A stretch of DNA of 64,000 bases, from positions 10,168,001-10,232,000 of the forward strand of contig NC_042997.1 of NCBI RefSeq assembly GCF_006345805.1, read 5' to 3'. This document shows positions 40,227 to 53,393 of the stretch, piece by piece (position 1 is the first letter of the stretch; every line of letters starts with the position of its first letter). This stretch comes from Octopus sinensis. Lineage: Eukaryota. Both the position numbers and the translations under genes were made by a program. The notes below the pieces were generated by a model. That model had not been told where the DNA came from and ran no database searches. It saw only the letters and a list, made by a program, of their open reading frames with translations.

Positions 40227-42447
40227 GAAACTTTCTTTATTGGCCACACAGGGCTGAACACAGGGGGGACAAATACAAAGGTAGAGCTCTTCTTTTCGAA
40301 AATGATAAAGAAAATGGGAAAAATGAGAAAAACAAAGTAAAATTCCGGTCAAAAGGGATCGGGAAAAAAAAAGATCATAAGGAATCATGTATCACAGAGG
40401 AATTTTTAAAATGCTAAAAGCAAGATTAGGTTTATCCATGGAAAGAAAATACTACGGAAAAGACCACGGTAACCTTGAGACAGGGAATGAATAAGTACAT
40501 AAGAGCAAAGTACTCTCTCTCTCTCTCTTTTTCTATTTACAGGATCATGCCCAAAGTGGTTTCGTCACTCGCACGCACCATCTTTGCTACATTCACCCAC
40601 CTTTTTTTGAAACTTTCACAAGACAAAACCTACCTCTACTTTCTCACCTTCCTTTTCAAGAGGTACTTGAAAAAGTTGATAAGCAATTGGCCAGAGAGGT
40701 AAGTGTTTGTCTCTAATCCTTTCGCTCGAGTCCACCATACACATTCTTTCACCATGGTCACCAGTAAGATGAAGACTATCTTGCCTTCCCGGTTGACGGA
40801 AGGTGGCGGAACAAATACCACGATAGACTCGGCCGAGAGGCGGACTCGTCCCACACATGACAGCAGCCGTTTGGCATAAACCTACAGGTCCGAAATGGTT
40901 GGACACTGCACGAGTGTGTGCAGAACGGTTTCGTCGCTCTGACTGCATCTCAGACAAGTAGGTCCAGGGTATCTAGACCCGTGCCTGTAGAGCTTATCCC
41001 GAACAGGTAATGCTTCTCGATAGCACTGCCAGGCCAGGGATCTTTGGTGATTGTCCATAGGTCCCGGCCCGAAAGTTGTCCTGAACAGGCGGGTCAGGTG
41101 TTTCTCGTCGACGCCCAGATTCTGCCCGAGAACGTCGTCGTACCTCCCCTCCACTAATCCTCTATAGAACGTCTTTGTTGAAATGAAGTCGCACAAGTTT
41201 GGTCCAGGACGGCAGAGTTACTTGAGAGCAACGCGACACTCGCAGTGCCATTCGCTTAGGCTCGGTCTCTGTTTGATCTACGACTGTAGTTCGGCCAAGG
41301 AGACGAGATGCGGGAAGCACGTCGCACAAAAGGTGACACCTGTTCACCGTCGTCTATGAAGCGCCGGAGATGTCGCAGTCTCAGCGCATATCTGCGCATC
41401 ATCAACCATGGTGTGCCTAGCCCTCCATTTAGCGGGTGTTGATAGCAGATGGATCGCCTAACGCTTCCCTTCCACAGGAAGCGGAAGAGTATGCGTTCTA
41501 GTTTGGTGATGGTAGGGTCGGGACAAGGCTCAACGGTCAGACGGTACTCGATGACGGATGCGATGTACGCGTTCGCCACCTCCCCCCGACCTTTTAGTGA
41601 TAGCTTCCTCTCAGCCCATTGCTGGGTGAGAGTGGCCACCCTAGTCGTTCTTTCGCCCCAGTTCTTCTCCATTTGGAGGTCCGGACCGAACCAGACTCCG
41701 AGCAATTTAACCGGTCCGTCGGTCCAGTGTCCCACGCTGGAGACGCTGTTGGACGGCATGGGCTTGCTTCTCCAGGTGCCGAGCCGCAAGTCCACTGACT
41801 TTTCCCGGTTAATTTTCGCTCCCGTTACCGCTTCGTATTCTTTTAGTGTCTCACCGACCAGGTCGATGTGCTCGTGGCTCGACACTATGACGGTGACGTC
41901 GTCCGCGTATGCAGACACGCTCCTCCCGCATCCCAGCTCTCGTGGGATGCTCCTCAGCGTCGCCAGTTTCCGCAGTAGTGGCTCAAGAGTCAATACATAC
42001 AGAAGCGATGTGAGGAGGCATTCTTGACGAACCGAATGCATGATGTTAGAAGGTTTGGACAGATGACCATTTACGCGAAGTACTGAGTGGATGCCGCTGT
42101 ATAAGACAGCGATCCAACCGCGGAAGACGGGACCGAAACCAGCCGCTTTAAGGACAGCCTCCAAGAAGTGATGGTCTACCCTATCGAAAGCTTGGGATTG
42201 ATCCAAATTGATCAGCGCCCCACCCATGCCAGGATCCATAACTACCCTGTCTATGATGTAGCGCATCAGATGGAGGTTGTCATGGATATTCCTACCCGGC
42301 ACGGCACACGTTTGCGCCTTGTCGACTAGTTTCTCGATGACAAGCGCCAACCTCTCGGCTAACACCTTGGCCAAAATTTTCAAATCTGCGTTCAGCAGAG
42401 TGATGGACCTGAAATTATCTATGACGCCCCCCTTGCTTGGATCTTTT
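40226..42447 (-). mobile_element. 5'-truncated Tx1-like (L1 superfamily) LINE, frameshifted RT, inserted in (GATA)n
   Basis: FRSITLLNADLKILAK, LDQSQAFDRVDH, SVRQEC, AYADDV, C-terminal CLRC...HTLVQC knuckle; GATA tracts at 40100-40225 and 42450-42578. Confidence 0.92.
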
Positions 42448-42483
42448 AGGTAGATAGATAGATAGACAGAAAGACAGACAGAC

Positions 42484-42578
<95 letters not shown>

Positions 42579-43340
42579 TAAGATGTTATTTGCACACACC
42601 TTTGCACACGCACGTTTATATATGAATGCAAAGGCAAATTTTAGATATATTGTTATATTGTTAATAAAGGACTTCAAAAGCAGGGGAAAAACCACCAAAT
42701 GACTACAAGCGAAATATGCGCGAAACGAAAATGTTGGCTCGTTTCATACTCGCGAAAATATCTTCTTTAATCTACTTTTCATAATAGATTTTGGTGGATG
42801 TACTTGTCTTTCTAACTTTTCCTCAAATTATACATGAAATTATGTTTGTTGGAGTGGATATGAGCCAGTACTCAACTTCTCCAGCATTATTTATGTATTC
42901 ATTTATTTAGTCATTCATTTATTCTTTCCAAACTGAATTGGCCGGAGGAAAACTGTCCAGATATCACTAATTGCAGAGCTTATCCTCAACTTGCAGCACC
43001 AGTCTGCCCGCTAGCGCTATTAGAATAATGAATTTTAGAAATTCTACATAATCCACAAGGATATCCAGTGAATAAAGTCATTCAAAGCACTCTCATCAGT
43101 GTTTGAATATTATCATTTACAAAATGTAACACCATTCAATTTTGTCTAACTTGACCTAGGGTTGTAGATCAGTTAAAAAGAGGGGTTATGAAGGAAGACT
43201 GTTTTAGAATGATTTTTATTAATTTAATCAAATACTCAGAGCATGTCAAAGTATAGTTTCTATGGATGCTGAATTGGAAGTTTTGCAATGTGTTTTTGTT
43301 ACATCTTAAACCGTTTGGCATTTAATATTTAGTCGGGTGA

Positions 43341-43540
43341 TGGCGGCGAGCTGGCAGAAACGTTAGCACGCCGGGCGAAATGCTTAGCAGTATTTCGTCT
43401 TGTCTTTACGTTCTGAGTTCAAATTCCGCCGAGATCGACTTTGCCTTGCATCCTTTCGGGGTCGATAAACTAAGTACCAGTTGCGTACTGGGGTCGATCT
43501 AATCGACTAGCCCATCACTACATAGCGTAGGAAAGAATAT
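43341..43540 (+). mobile_element. SINE family A
   Basis: Full head and core. Confidence 0.85.
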
Positions 43541-45289
43541 TTGTCGTGTGTTCCCCACTCATTTAACTAACGCAGAAAAGGTTGGAAAGGCAAAATACAC
43601 ATGAACAAGCATGAGGCGGATGGTGGAAAGTGCTAATTTCTAATCAATTCTGGCAGTACGCAATTTGATTTTGATCACGAGCAGTTGCCAGGAACTGAAG
43701 TGAATGGTATAGAAAAACAATCTGTTATTTTGCATATTTCTAGTACTCTATAAATCATTAAAATCAACATTTGATAGTGTGACGGACCCTAAAATTCTTC
43801 TCTTATTATCAGACTTAATAAGCAGATAGACATTTTGGAATAAGATTAGCAGACTTTTATGCCCTCTTCTATCTGCCACTTTCTCTGAGCGCTGGCATAT
43901 ATAACGTATTGTTCAGTGACAATTTGGATGAGCAGCAGAAATATTTTGGTCGACATTTTTCTTATTAATGTATTCCACTTTTCTTCAATCGTAACATATG
44001 TGGACCTCTAACTCCGCATAAATTTTTCTTTATATTGACACGGTCGGAATTCAGAAATATGTTAAGTCCGGTTGATAGACGACTTACTGAGAAACAAACG
44101 TTTTTACTTCCTCTACTTTCTCAGCTTTGTTTTGAAGCTGATAATGAATTCGGCTAAATGCTACTTTGCATTAGAACCCGCCGAGATTTTGGTAGTCTTG
44201 TTGATGTTTATCTCTGGAATCGGAGGCCCAGCAGATCGAAGGCTCTGCAGACTCTACTGTCTAAAGAGAAAATACTTCTAAAAGAGCAAGAATATCATCC
44301 ATTTGTAAGGATTAACTCTTTCATTTTTAAACCCCTGTAGTCGAAGTTGTTACCGATCAAGTGATCATTGTTATTATTAAGTGAATTGTTATTATCGTAC
44401 TAATCCGAGTCTGCGTTTAACGTAATTTACACTTCGATCTTAAATTTGTGACATTATATTTTCATAACCTCTCCCGTTATATAAGAAGAATATTTTTAGC
44501 TCGTTGTGGTTGCTACATCTATGTATAGAACAGTATATCTAGGGTATCTTTGCCTTCATTTTCTTTTTCATTTAGACAGATTAGACAGTTATGTTCTAGA
44601 ATATTACAAGTTTGTCATTTTCAAAATATTTTGATATTTCGATATGATGTGTGCACCACAACTTTTCTGTATCGATTTGGTGTAACAATATTTTCCAAAT
44701 TCATAAAGCTGCCAAACTTGTCAACTTTTTTCCTTTCAATATAATCAGTTTCAGATACAAATGGGCAACGAGAGACAAGACAGTCATTTCAACCATACAT
44801 TTCCAGACAATAGTTATTTAGAGTTAGTTTTTAAGACCTTTCTTAATGTCTTTCCTAGCGAATTTCTTTGATATTGTACAGCAGCTATTAAACTTTTGAA
44901 CCTATTTTCATTCGTGTGATTCTGAGTTAATATTAAGTTTATTCATTCCGACCAAATACAGATCATATTGCAATATCCCTTTCAATCTAATATATGTATG
45001 CATGAATATACAGAGACATATGTACACACACATAGACACATACTTCTTACCTATGTGTGTCCATTGCATTCGTTGATGACCATCTTTATTTCTGAATACC
45101 TTGATAATTGTATGTCCCAAACGTTGATGAGCAGTTTTGATCGCTGACAGGATATGCAAATGTTTAGTCGCAAACGTGAAGTACTCCTTTGTACGCATTC
45201 CTTTTCCCACTTCTCTTGGTATTACTAAGTCTTTTTAGCCTCTATATTTTCAGTTCCACTCCAGCAGTGAGATCGCAAAATGAACGACT

Positions 45290-45730
45290 GCTAGTGATGT
45301 TTTTCGCCCTTGATGGATGGATGTTGCTTCTCTGCAAAATGAACTTCACGAGGTCTTTGTGTCATACTATCTCGCCATATGACTAACAGGATCTGCTTGG
45401 GATGCTTGATATAATATGTCTCTTGCGTCTTAACGTGTCGATTGTACGTGGTCCATTTCTTGCGCCCGTGCAGAAAAATAGAAACGCTGACTTCCTGAAA
45501 TAACGTCAAAGTGAGCGTGAGAACTTTCTGAGAACATTGCAGAAACGTTTCCTATTTACAATGTGAAAATCCTTGAGCAGAAATACAGATATGATGAATA
45601 GCAACTGGCTTTGTTCTTTCCCACATTTATCATGAAGCTGCCATGTAACGAAGATCGCAATGATTGTGACGCGGTTCTTGTAGAAACTGCACAATAACTC
45701 TGTGCTGACAGTTTCTGATATTAATTAGAC
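45290..45730 (-). mobile_element. Decayed RTE-like LINE C-terminal remnant
   Basis: WTTYNRHVK...HPKQIL...RPR resembles the RTE WxGHVxR...PKQIL...GRP motif; broken frames. Confidence 0.4.
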
Positions 45731-46088
45731 CAGTTTTATGAACATCACGTTAGCAAAGGCTTCCCTAGTAATGGACAGAAGTGTATAACGTAAATAGATT
45801 TGTCTCACTTTTTGTGAACACACAGGTGTACGTGTGTGTGTGTGTGTGTGTGTGCACGCGCTTAGGATTACACAAGAATGTATAAACTGTACGAAAGGCG
45901 ATCTTACACTGTATATATAAATATATCTACGATAACCTCGGGGACTGAAAAAAGTAGGATAACCCAGATCAGAGTCAATCGTATGCTGAGATTTCACCAG
46001 CTAATAATTACTATCCTTATCTGTCTCTACTATATACATGAATTAATAGGCGTAATCTATTTATTTATGCCTTTTGCAATTGAACGTA

Positions 46089-46540
46089 TACGAGGTTCGT
46101 TCAAAAAGTATCCGACCGTTAGACATAAAAAGAAAAAAAATTACCACCTTTAAAACACTCCCTTGGGAGTTCATACACTTCTTCCGGTGGTTTTCCCACT
46201 GCTGGTAACACCTCTGGAAAGCCTTCACTGATATAATATGGAGCTCCGCCGTCGTTTTTCTCATAATTTCCTCCAACTGCTTAAATCGCTTGCCTTTAAG
46301 CATGGTTTTCTCTTTTAGGAAAGAGCCAGAAGTCACACAGTGCCGAGTCAGGAGAATAGAGAGCCTGTCGAACAAGACATGTTGTTCTTGACCATATCTG
46401 AAGCGGTCGTGCCGTACCACTGCATGATCTGAGTTTTGCCGGTGGCATGATCGCCAAAAGCCTTTGAATCTTCCAGATGTTTTGAGCTTGAGTATCACCA
46501 AGCTTTTGGCAAAACGTGATGCAATATCTTTGCTTGCTGC
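46089..46540 (-). mobile_element. Mariner transposon 3' remnant
   Basis: KTMLKGKRFKQLEEIMRKTTAEL...FQRCYQQWENHRKKCMNSQG; TIR TACGAGGTTCGTTCAAAAAGTATCCG. Confidence 0.8.
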
Positions 46541-47267
46541 AATATTAGTTAAAAGTTATAGATATATTCTGTAGCACATTATCGGATTGAAACAAAACAT
46601 TTAACGTATCAGTAATTTATAGGTTTCAAAATCTGATATAACACGCCCTTAGTGTTACATAGCCGTTATGCTTGATTCGTATAACTATGTAGAAAACGTT
46701 TACATTCCATTTCTTGTGACCATGAGATTAGGACAAATTTGCCTTCATTTTATTTTCAATATAGACAGTTAAGATAAGCATGTACCTGAATATTGTAACA
46801 TTGTCGACCTCAGAATATTTTGCTGTTTTGGTATATTGTTATTATGGCATCATTTCTCTATTGAGTGTACGTTGCAATAGTTTGTAAGTTCATAAAACAG
46901 GCGAGCTTGTCATTTTTTTTATTTCAGCACCCAATGCTGTATAAATATATAACCAGAAGTATAGGCATTGAGTAATTTTTATTCGCTTTTGTAAAGACAA
47001 AGACATGTGCGAGTGTGCATGTATGTGTATATATCAATGCCTGCGTATATATTCAAACATATAGATATGCATAAATATGTATATATGTCTATGCATCAGC
47101 TGTTCTGGTAATGTGGCACTGTAACGGAGGTCCGGTAATGGAGGTAAGGTTGTTAATGTACGATCAAGTCTTATACCATCGGCAAGAGCAATTAAATGTG
47201 CTTAATTGTGTGAGGCTGCGAGCTATGGATGTATATAAATGTCTATGTATGTATATGGGTGTGTGTA

Positions 47268-47472
47268 TGTGACTGCGTGTGTACCGTTGGCGATTTGTTT
47301 CCTCTGTCTTCCCTTCTCTGGATCTTTCCTTCTCCTATGTTTCCGACAAAGAGCTCCGCTCGAAACGTTAAACCCTCCTTCTTTCCTTCTTTCCTGAGCA
47401 TCCAATAATACTATATTTGTTCCACGTCCTCGCGTTGTTGTGCTTTGTTGTGCTTTCATGTTTGGATTAACC

Positions 47473-47475
<3 letters not shown>
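47268..47475 (+). mobile_element. Short HHR-bearing repeat (HHR at 47339-47373)
   Basis: GTTT-CCGACAA-A-GAGCTCCGCTC-GAAACGTT-AAAC; ends in (TATG)n. Confidence 0.7.
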
Positions 47476-47505
<30 letters not shown>

Positions 47506-48189
47506 TGTATGTATGTATGTATGTATGTATGTATGTATATCATCTTTTTTTATATCCATTTCAGTGCATACAGCACATTGAATTACTTCTTTGCTTTATT
47601 TGTATTTCTAAGAAAATTGCTACAAAGAAAAGTGCTTCCAACGTCGCTCAATCTAACACTATTACTGGTGAAAAGTCCTGTACATTGTACATCAAACATT
47701 TTCTCAATGAATGTAGCTACTTCCGTAAAAGAGATAGAGAGAAGTGAGAGAGATAGGAAGGAGTGAGAGAGGGAAAAGAATTGAGCGTAGTTTTTTGTTG
47801 TTCATCTGGAACAGATCCAACTACATCAAAATAACGTCTATACACAAATGCTTAAGACTTATATTTGAAAGTAAAACATTAAGAAATTTTAATCAAATAA
47901 ATGCATGAAGATTATTTTTAAATTCTTTCCAATAACAAAAATTATTAATAATATGGATTCTGGCACGATTATTATCTCCCTTGACACAGAGACGAACAAC
48001 TAATCAACTGAGAGTATGCGTTAATGCTAATTGCATAATTGTGAGTCTTCAAAATGGGTGACATCGGTTGAAAAAGCACATGGATTGGAGATGGAATTCT
48101 AAACATGTACGTGATAGGATGCATAAGAAAACGTATCTGAAAATGGCTGAAATTAAACGTCTTCATCGAACAACTGACGGGTATCTACT

Positions 48190-48857
48190 AGCTGTAGTGA
48201 GAACTGCACCACTTTGAAGAATTTTAAAAGTGCTATTTGACCCCAGTACTTTATTTTAAAGCCTGGAACTAATTCTGTAGGTTCTTAGCCGAACTGCTAT
48301 GTTACGGGGACTTAAACGCACCAACGCCGTTGTCAAGCGGTGGTGGGGGACAATCACAGACACAACGACATACACGCACACACACATATACGACGGTCTT
48401 CTTTCAGTTTCAGTCCACCGAATCTATGGTAGCAGGCACTTGGCCAAAGTATCACGCAGTGGAACTGAACCCGGAACCATGTGGTTGGGAAGCAAACTTC
48501 TTAGTACACAGCCAGGTCATGTGTATAAATTTCAAACTAAGTTTACAATATATTTTTTATTTTGTTTATTTTACGCGCCTTTTTCAAGCTCATAGGCACA
48601 GTTCCCCGATTTCTGTGTTCCCCCAGCTGGACAGGACACCAGTCCATCGCCGAGTTACCCAAGAAACAGGAAGAAAGAGTGAGAGAAATTTGGGACGAAA
48701 GAGTACAACAGGGGTCACCACTACTCCTTGCCGGAGCCTCGTGGAGCTTTAGGTGTTTTCGCTCAATAAACACGCACAACGCCCGGTCTGGGAATCGAAA
48801 TCGCGATCCTCCGACCGCGAGTCCGCTGCCCTAACCACTGGGCCATTGCGCCTCCAC
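48190..48857 (-). mobile_element. Adjacent SINE B (48190-48515) and SINE D (48565-48857)
   Basis: Homology to other copies. Confidence 0.75.
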
Positions 48858-49293
48858 AAGTTTACAATTACTAATACTAATTATCTGTTACACTAATAAT
48901 GAATTGTGAACACAATTGATCCTAAAGAAATACTTTCATTACATACTTCCCTATATTTCTTTCTCCTTCAGTAAAGTTAATAATAATGTACTGTTATGTT
49001 TAATAGACCATTGATTCCTAACCACTTCGTATAAAAGATAATCTAAATTGATTGACATAGCAGCTATATAGGAATGCTGAGGACTTTATGATTAAAAGAA
49101 AACTTAAAACAAAGGAAATTTTATCAAATAAATATATTTTGTATTCCTTTGATAACGAAAAGGTTTATCTGTATTATGCATTTTTGGCAAAACGATTCTC
49201 TTCTTTGCTATACAGGCGAACAAGCAATTTAAATACGAGATGTTATATTTGTGCGTATGTTTATTTACCTATTTATTTATTTATTTATTTATG

Positions 49294-49363
<70 letters not shown>

Positions 49364-49391
49364 TATTATTATTAGTATTTTTATCATTATT

Positions 49392-49770
49392 AAAGCCGAC
49401 GATCTGGCAGAATCATTAGCATGCCGGTTGAAGTGCTTAGCGGCATTTCGTCCGTGTTTACCCTATGAGTTCAAATTCCACCGAAGTCGACTTAGCTTTT
49501 CAACATTTCGGGGTCGATAACATAAGTATCAGTTGAACACTGGGTTCGATGTTATCGACTTACTTCCATCCACGAAATTTCTGACCTTGTACCAAAAATT
49601 TGAAACAACTTAGGGCGGCGAGCTGGCAGAATCGTTAGCACGCTAGCAAAATACTTAGCGGCATGTCGTCCGTCGCTACGGCCGACATTTACCAGTTACG
49701 TACTGGGGTCGATGTAATTTACTAAACCCCCTCCCCCAGAATTTCGGGTCTTGTGCCTTTAGTAGAAAGG
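49392..49770 (+). mobile_element. Two tandem SINE family A copies after (TTA)n
   Basis: Heads at ~49392 and ~49612. Confidence 0.75.
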
Positions 49771-49923
49771 ATTATTATTATCATTATTATTATTAAGATG
49801 ATCGATCGTCTTCAACGTGGTTACTTGCCAGAAACGGTAGCACGTCGGAGAAAATGCTTCGCGTAATTTCTTCCAACCTATCATACTCTGAGTTCAAATA
49901 AGGCCGGTGTCAATATTGTCTTT

Positions 49924-49970
<47 letters not shown>

Positions 49971-50327
49971 GTTAATGAATAACATATGCATATATATTTT
50001 CATATGTACAGGTACACTTATTTCCAGCTTTGCGTATTTCTTTCATCTTTTACCTGTCTCAGACATTTGACTGCAGTCATGCTCGGGCACCGCCTTGACG
50101 GGTTTGGTCGAACAGATCGACACCAGTGCTTATTTTTCAAGTCTGGTACTTATTATATCGGTCTTTTTTGCCGAATCCTAGTCCACGGGGTCGTAAACAA
50201 ATCAGTACCAGTTGTCAAGCGCAGCATTATATAATATAAGACACTGTGGTGGCTGAACGCACCCGAGATTGAAAAGTGAGCTCCTTAACTATACAGCCAT
50301 ACCTGCGTGTATACAAATGTACATACA

Positions 50328-50525
50328 TACGAGGGGGTGCTGAAACCTACCTGGCTTTAAGGGTACCGCGAAGGGACTTGTTACAGTCCTAACCTTCTGA
50401 GTTCTTTTACACTGAAGGACGACTGCGATAAGTGTGTAAATCAGGGAGAGGAATATGATGAATAAAATTATAATTAACTGGTCCTCCTATATTTTGTTTT
50501 ACTCAAAGCTAGGAACTTTTTCGCA
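50328..50525 (+). mobile_element. Mariner-derived MITE
   Basis: TACGAGGGGGTGCTGAAA...CCTGGCTTT / AAAGCTAGGAACTTTTTCGCA TIRs; DKCVNQGEEYDE* transposase tail. Confidence 0.65.
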
Positions 50526-50797
50526 AAGCCAGGAACATTTACCCAAAGCCAGAAACTCGTATACATGTTCATACATAGTTTCACATATGCATACATGCAT
50601 TAGTTGTACGTAATTATATGCACGCAATCACGAACCGTGTATTTACGCGTTTCATGGTGAATAATAAGCGGTGATTCACAACCACAATCGTCTATTCGTT
50701 GTTCCCACTTCGTGAAAGGAAATATGGTGGCAAGCAGTTTCGGTGAAAATGAGCGTCTGCATAGGAACAGATAACTTGTATGTATTCTCCATATAAA

Positions 50798-50830
<33 letters not shown>

Positions 50831-50993
50831 GTGTGTGTGTGTGCAAAGATATGTGTGTATGTGTGCGTGTGTGTGTGCAAAGATATGTGTGTGAGTGTAT
50901 GCGAGCGTGTGTGTGTGTGTGTGTTTGTGTGTGTGCACGCGTGTGAGTGTGTCTGAGAGAGCGAGAGAGAGAGAGAGTGAGAGAAAGAAAAAG

Positions 50994-51029
<36 letters not shown>

Positions 51030-51849
51030 CGAGAGAGAGAGAGAATATACTACTCTGACACCCAAGGACCTGCCGATGTATTGAAAGATAGTCTTCCAAA
51101 AAATGCATAATTCATCGCTAACACATGCAGCAAACTTGCAGGTCTCGTTTCCCTTTCACAAGGCAGGATTATATGCAGCAAATACAATTCCATCTATGTT
51201 ACAAATATTACTAAGGGTGAAATCTTCCTTCTTAAGTAGGTCATCAATTATCTAAATGTATTTCTTTAGAAACCTGAATATTTGCTGACGTCTATTAGCC
51301 AGAGAATTTAAGCTTACGAATGTCACGTCATATCAGCAAGTCTCCAAACCATCCAACTGAAAACACGCTAGCCTCCGGCAAGTCCATATATTCATGAAAC
51401 TGCTTGACCCTTTCAATGATGATTGATCCCGAAATCGTTATACCCCTCAGGTCTCTTTGCACTAAACTACTTAAATAACACAGCATCTAGTTCTGAAAGT
51501 TTCGATTTTATGAATACTTGCCAATCTTCAAAAGCTTTACTTGCCTGTGAATCAGCTACAAATTTTATTAACTTCTATGCCATAAATTGATGAAGAACCT
51601 ACGCTATGTTCACAATGATAGTATTACAATTTTTACTTCACTTCAAATGATGTATAGTTTCACTTTTGTCATGTACGATTAGAGTTTAGTAAACACCTTT
51701 TATATTATATTTACTTTTGTTTGCATTGCAAGTGTTTTACACTATTGTTTTTTTATAATGAATTTCGGTTAAGAATATTTTGGTTGGTTTACGCACGGAA
51801 GAACAAAAATCTGAGTGAAGTTCCACATTCAAAATATTTAATGTATACT

Positions 51850-52110
51850 GATTATATTAGTCGGATTGCTGTCTTGATATTGTTTGTTGCCTTCACAACG
51901 TTGTACGCTCCAGCCTTCTGCAGGTGTCTTGCGTTGAACTCTTGAACTCGCTTGCTGTATCGGAATTTCAAACCTAACCCTTTATTTGATCCACGGGTGT
52001 ACACAGCTCAGCACAAGACACCTCAAGAAGGCTGGGGTGTTGAACAGCCGAAACGTAATGAAAGCAGCTATCAAGATGAGAACACTAGTTAGACTAAAAT
52101 ACACAGTGTA
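51850..52110. mobile_element. Divergent inverted pair of HHR-bearing pLTR-like segments
   Basis: + copy 52019-52060 CAC-CTCAAGA-A-GGCTG...CAGCC-GAAACGTA-ATG; - copy 51894-51926 CAC-CTGCAGA-A-GGCTG...AACGTT-GTG. Confidence 0.55.
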
Positions 52111-53114
52111 CATAATAAACATTCCTAATCTCAGGTATTGCAAAATGCTCATTACCAAAAAGATGTTGCGACGAACGACAGAAAGAAGGTACTTCATGGG
52201 AGATGTGGGTCAGCAATGATAGTAGCTGTCGCTGAGTGAACTGAAGTCGTCAAATTCAGTAGCAGAGGTTGAGTGGCATAAATTTCTGCAGCCATTGATT
52301 TTGGTTGCGTTCGACCACTGAGCAGTTATCAGATAAACCATCTATGTATATCCATCTATGTAGTATGTCAAAGAAAAGGTCGTCAAAGTAAAAATCATCA
52401 ATGAGATTTCAACATGTTGCTTATCTAAAAAATATTTGTTCATAACAACTAAGTCCAGCTACTAATTAAAATAAGTTCTTAATGTGTTTATATAAGATTT
52501 GAATGGGTAGTTGTTTGCTGGCGTCATCACTATTTTGACAGAATTCTCTTTGTGTTATCTAGTTATTTTTACATGTGAGCACAGTATTCGAGTTCGATTC
52601 CTTGGCAATAAGTTGGTGGTTGGGACTCTACCAACATTCCTATTATAGGAACCCCTGCCACTGAAATGACAGGTAACAGAGTATTCAACAAAAACGACAA
52701 AGTACAGGAAATGTAGAGATGAAGTGTATACAGGTATATGCATTAGAATAGGTGAATGCAGGAACAGAAATGCTGTTTAAATTGTAAAGATGAGCAGCTG
52801 GTAATCTAACTGAAAAGAACTTGAGTATTGATAAGGTGATTTCCGTATACATTGTAGTGTTCTCTTGCATGTGAAATACTGCAAAAGTGTGATGTACGAA
52901 AACCTACGTAATGAATAGAGTGAAAAATATACAAATGAAACCAGACCTGGTTGAATATCAGGCTAGAGTATATAATCTTAAAATACTAGGAAAGAAGACC
53001 TGTAGGTTTAAGAATACATATATGCATGTGAGGCAGTTGTGTGCAGTCTAATGTGTAAGTTAATGATTCGTACATAGTCAAATTCGTTAGCATATCTGAG
53101 TTGGTGCGCCATGT

Positions 53115-53176
<62 letters not shown>

Positions 53177-53179
53177 TAT

Positions 53180-53385
53180 AGTTAATCCAAACATGAAAAC
53201 ACAGAGAAAACACAACAACGCGAGGATATGGAACAAGTATAGTGTTATTGGACGCTCAGGAAAGGAAAGAAAGAAGGAGGATTTAACGTTTTGAGCGGAG
53301 CTCTTTGTCAGAAACATAGGAAAAGGAAAGATCCAAGGAAGGGAAGACGGAGGAAAAAATCGCCAACGATACACACGCAGTCACA
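53180..53385 (-). mobile_element. Short HHR-bearing repeat (third copy; HHR at 53281-53315)
   Basis: GTTT-CTGACAA-A-GAGCTCCGCTC-aAAACGTT-AAAT. Confidence 0.7.
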
Positions 53386-53393
53386 TTTTGATA

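Noticed and set aside
42448-42698. N-terminal part of the 480-aa ORF
   Set aside because: Translation of (TATC)n and flank; the LINE is 5'-truncated at about 42447
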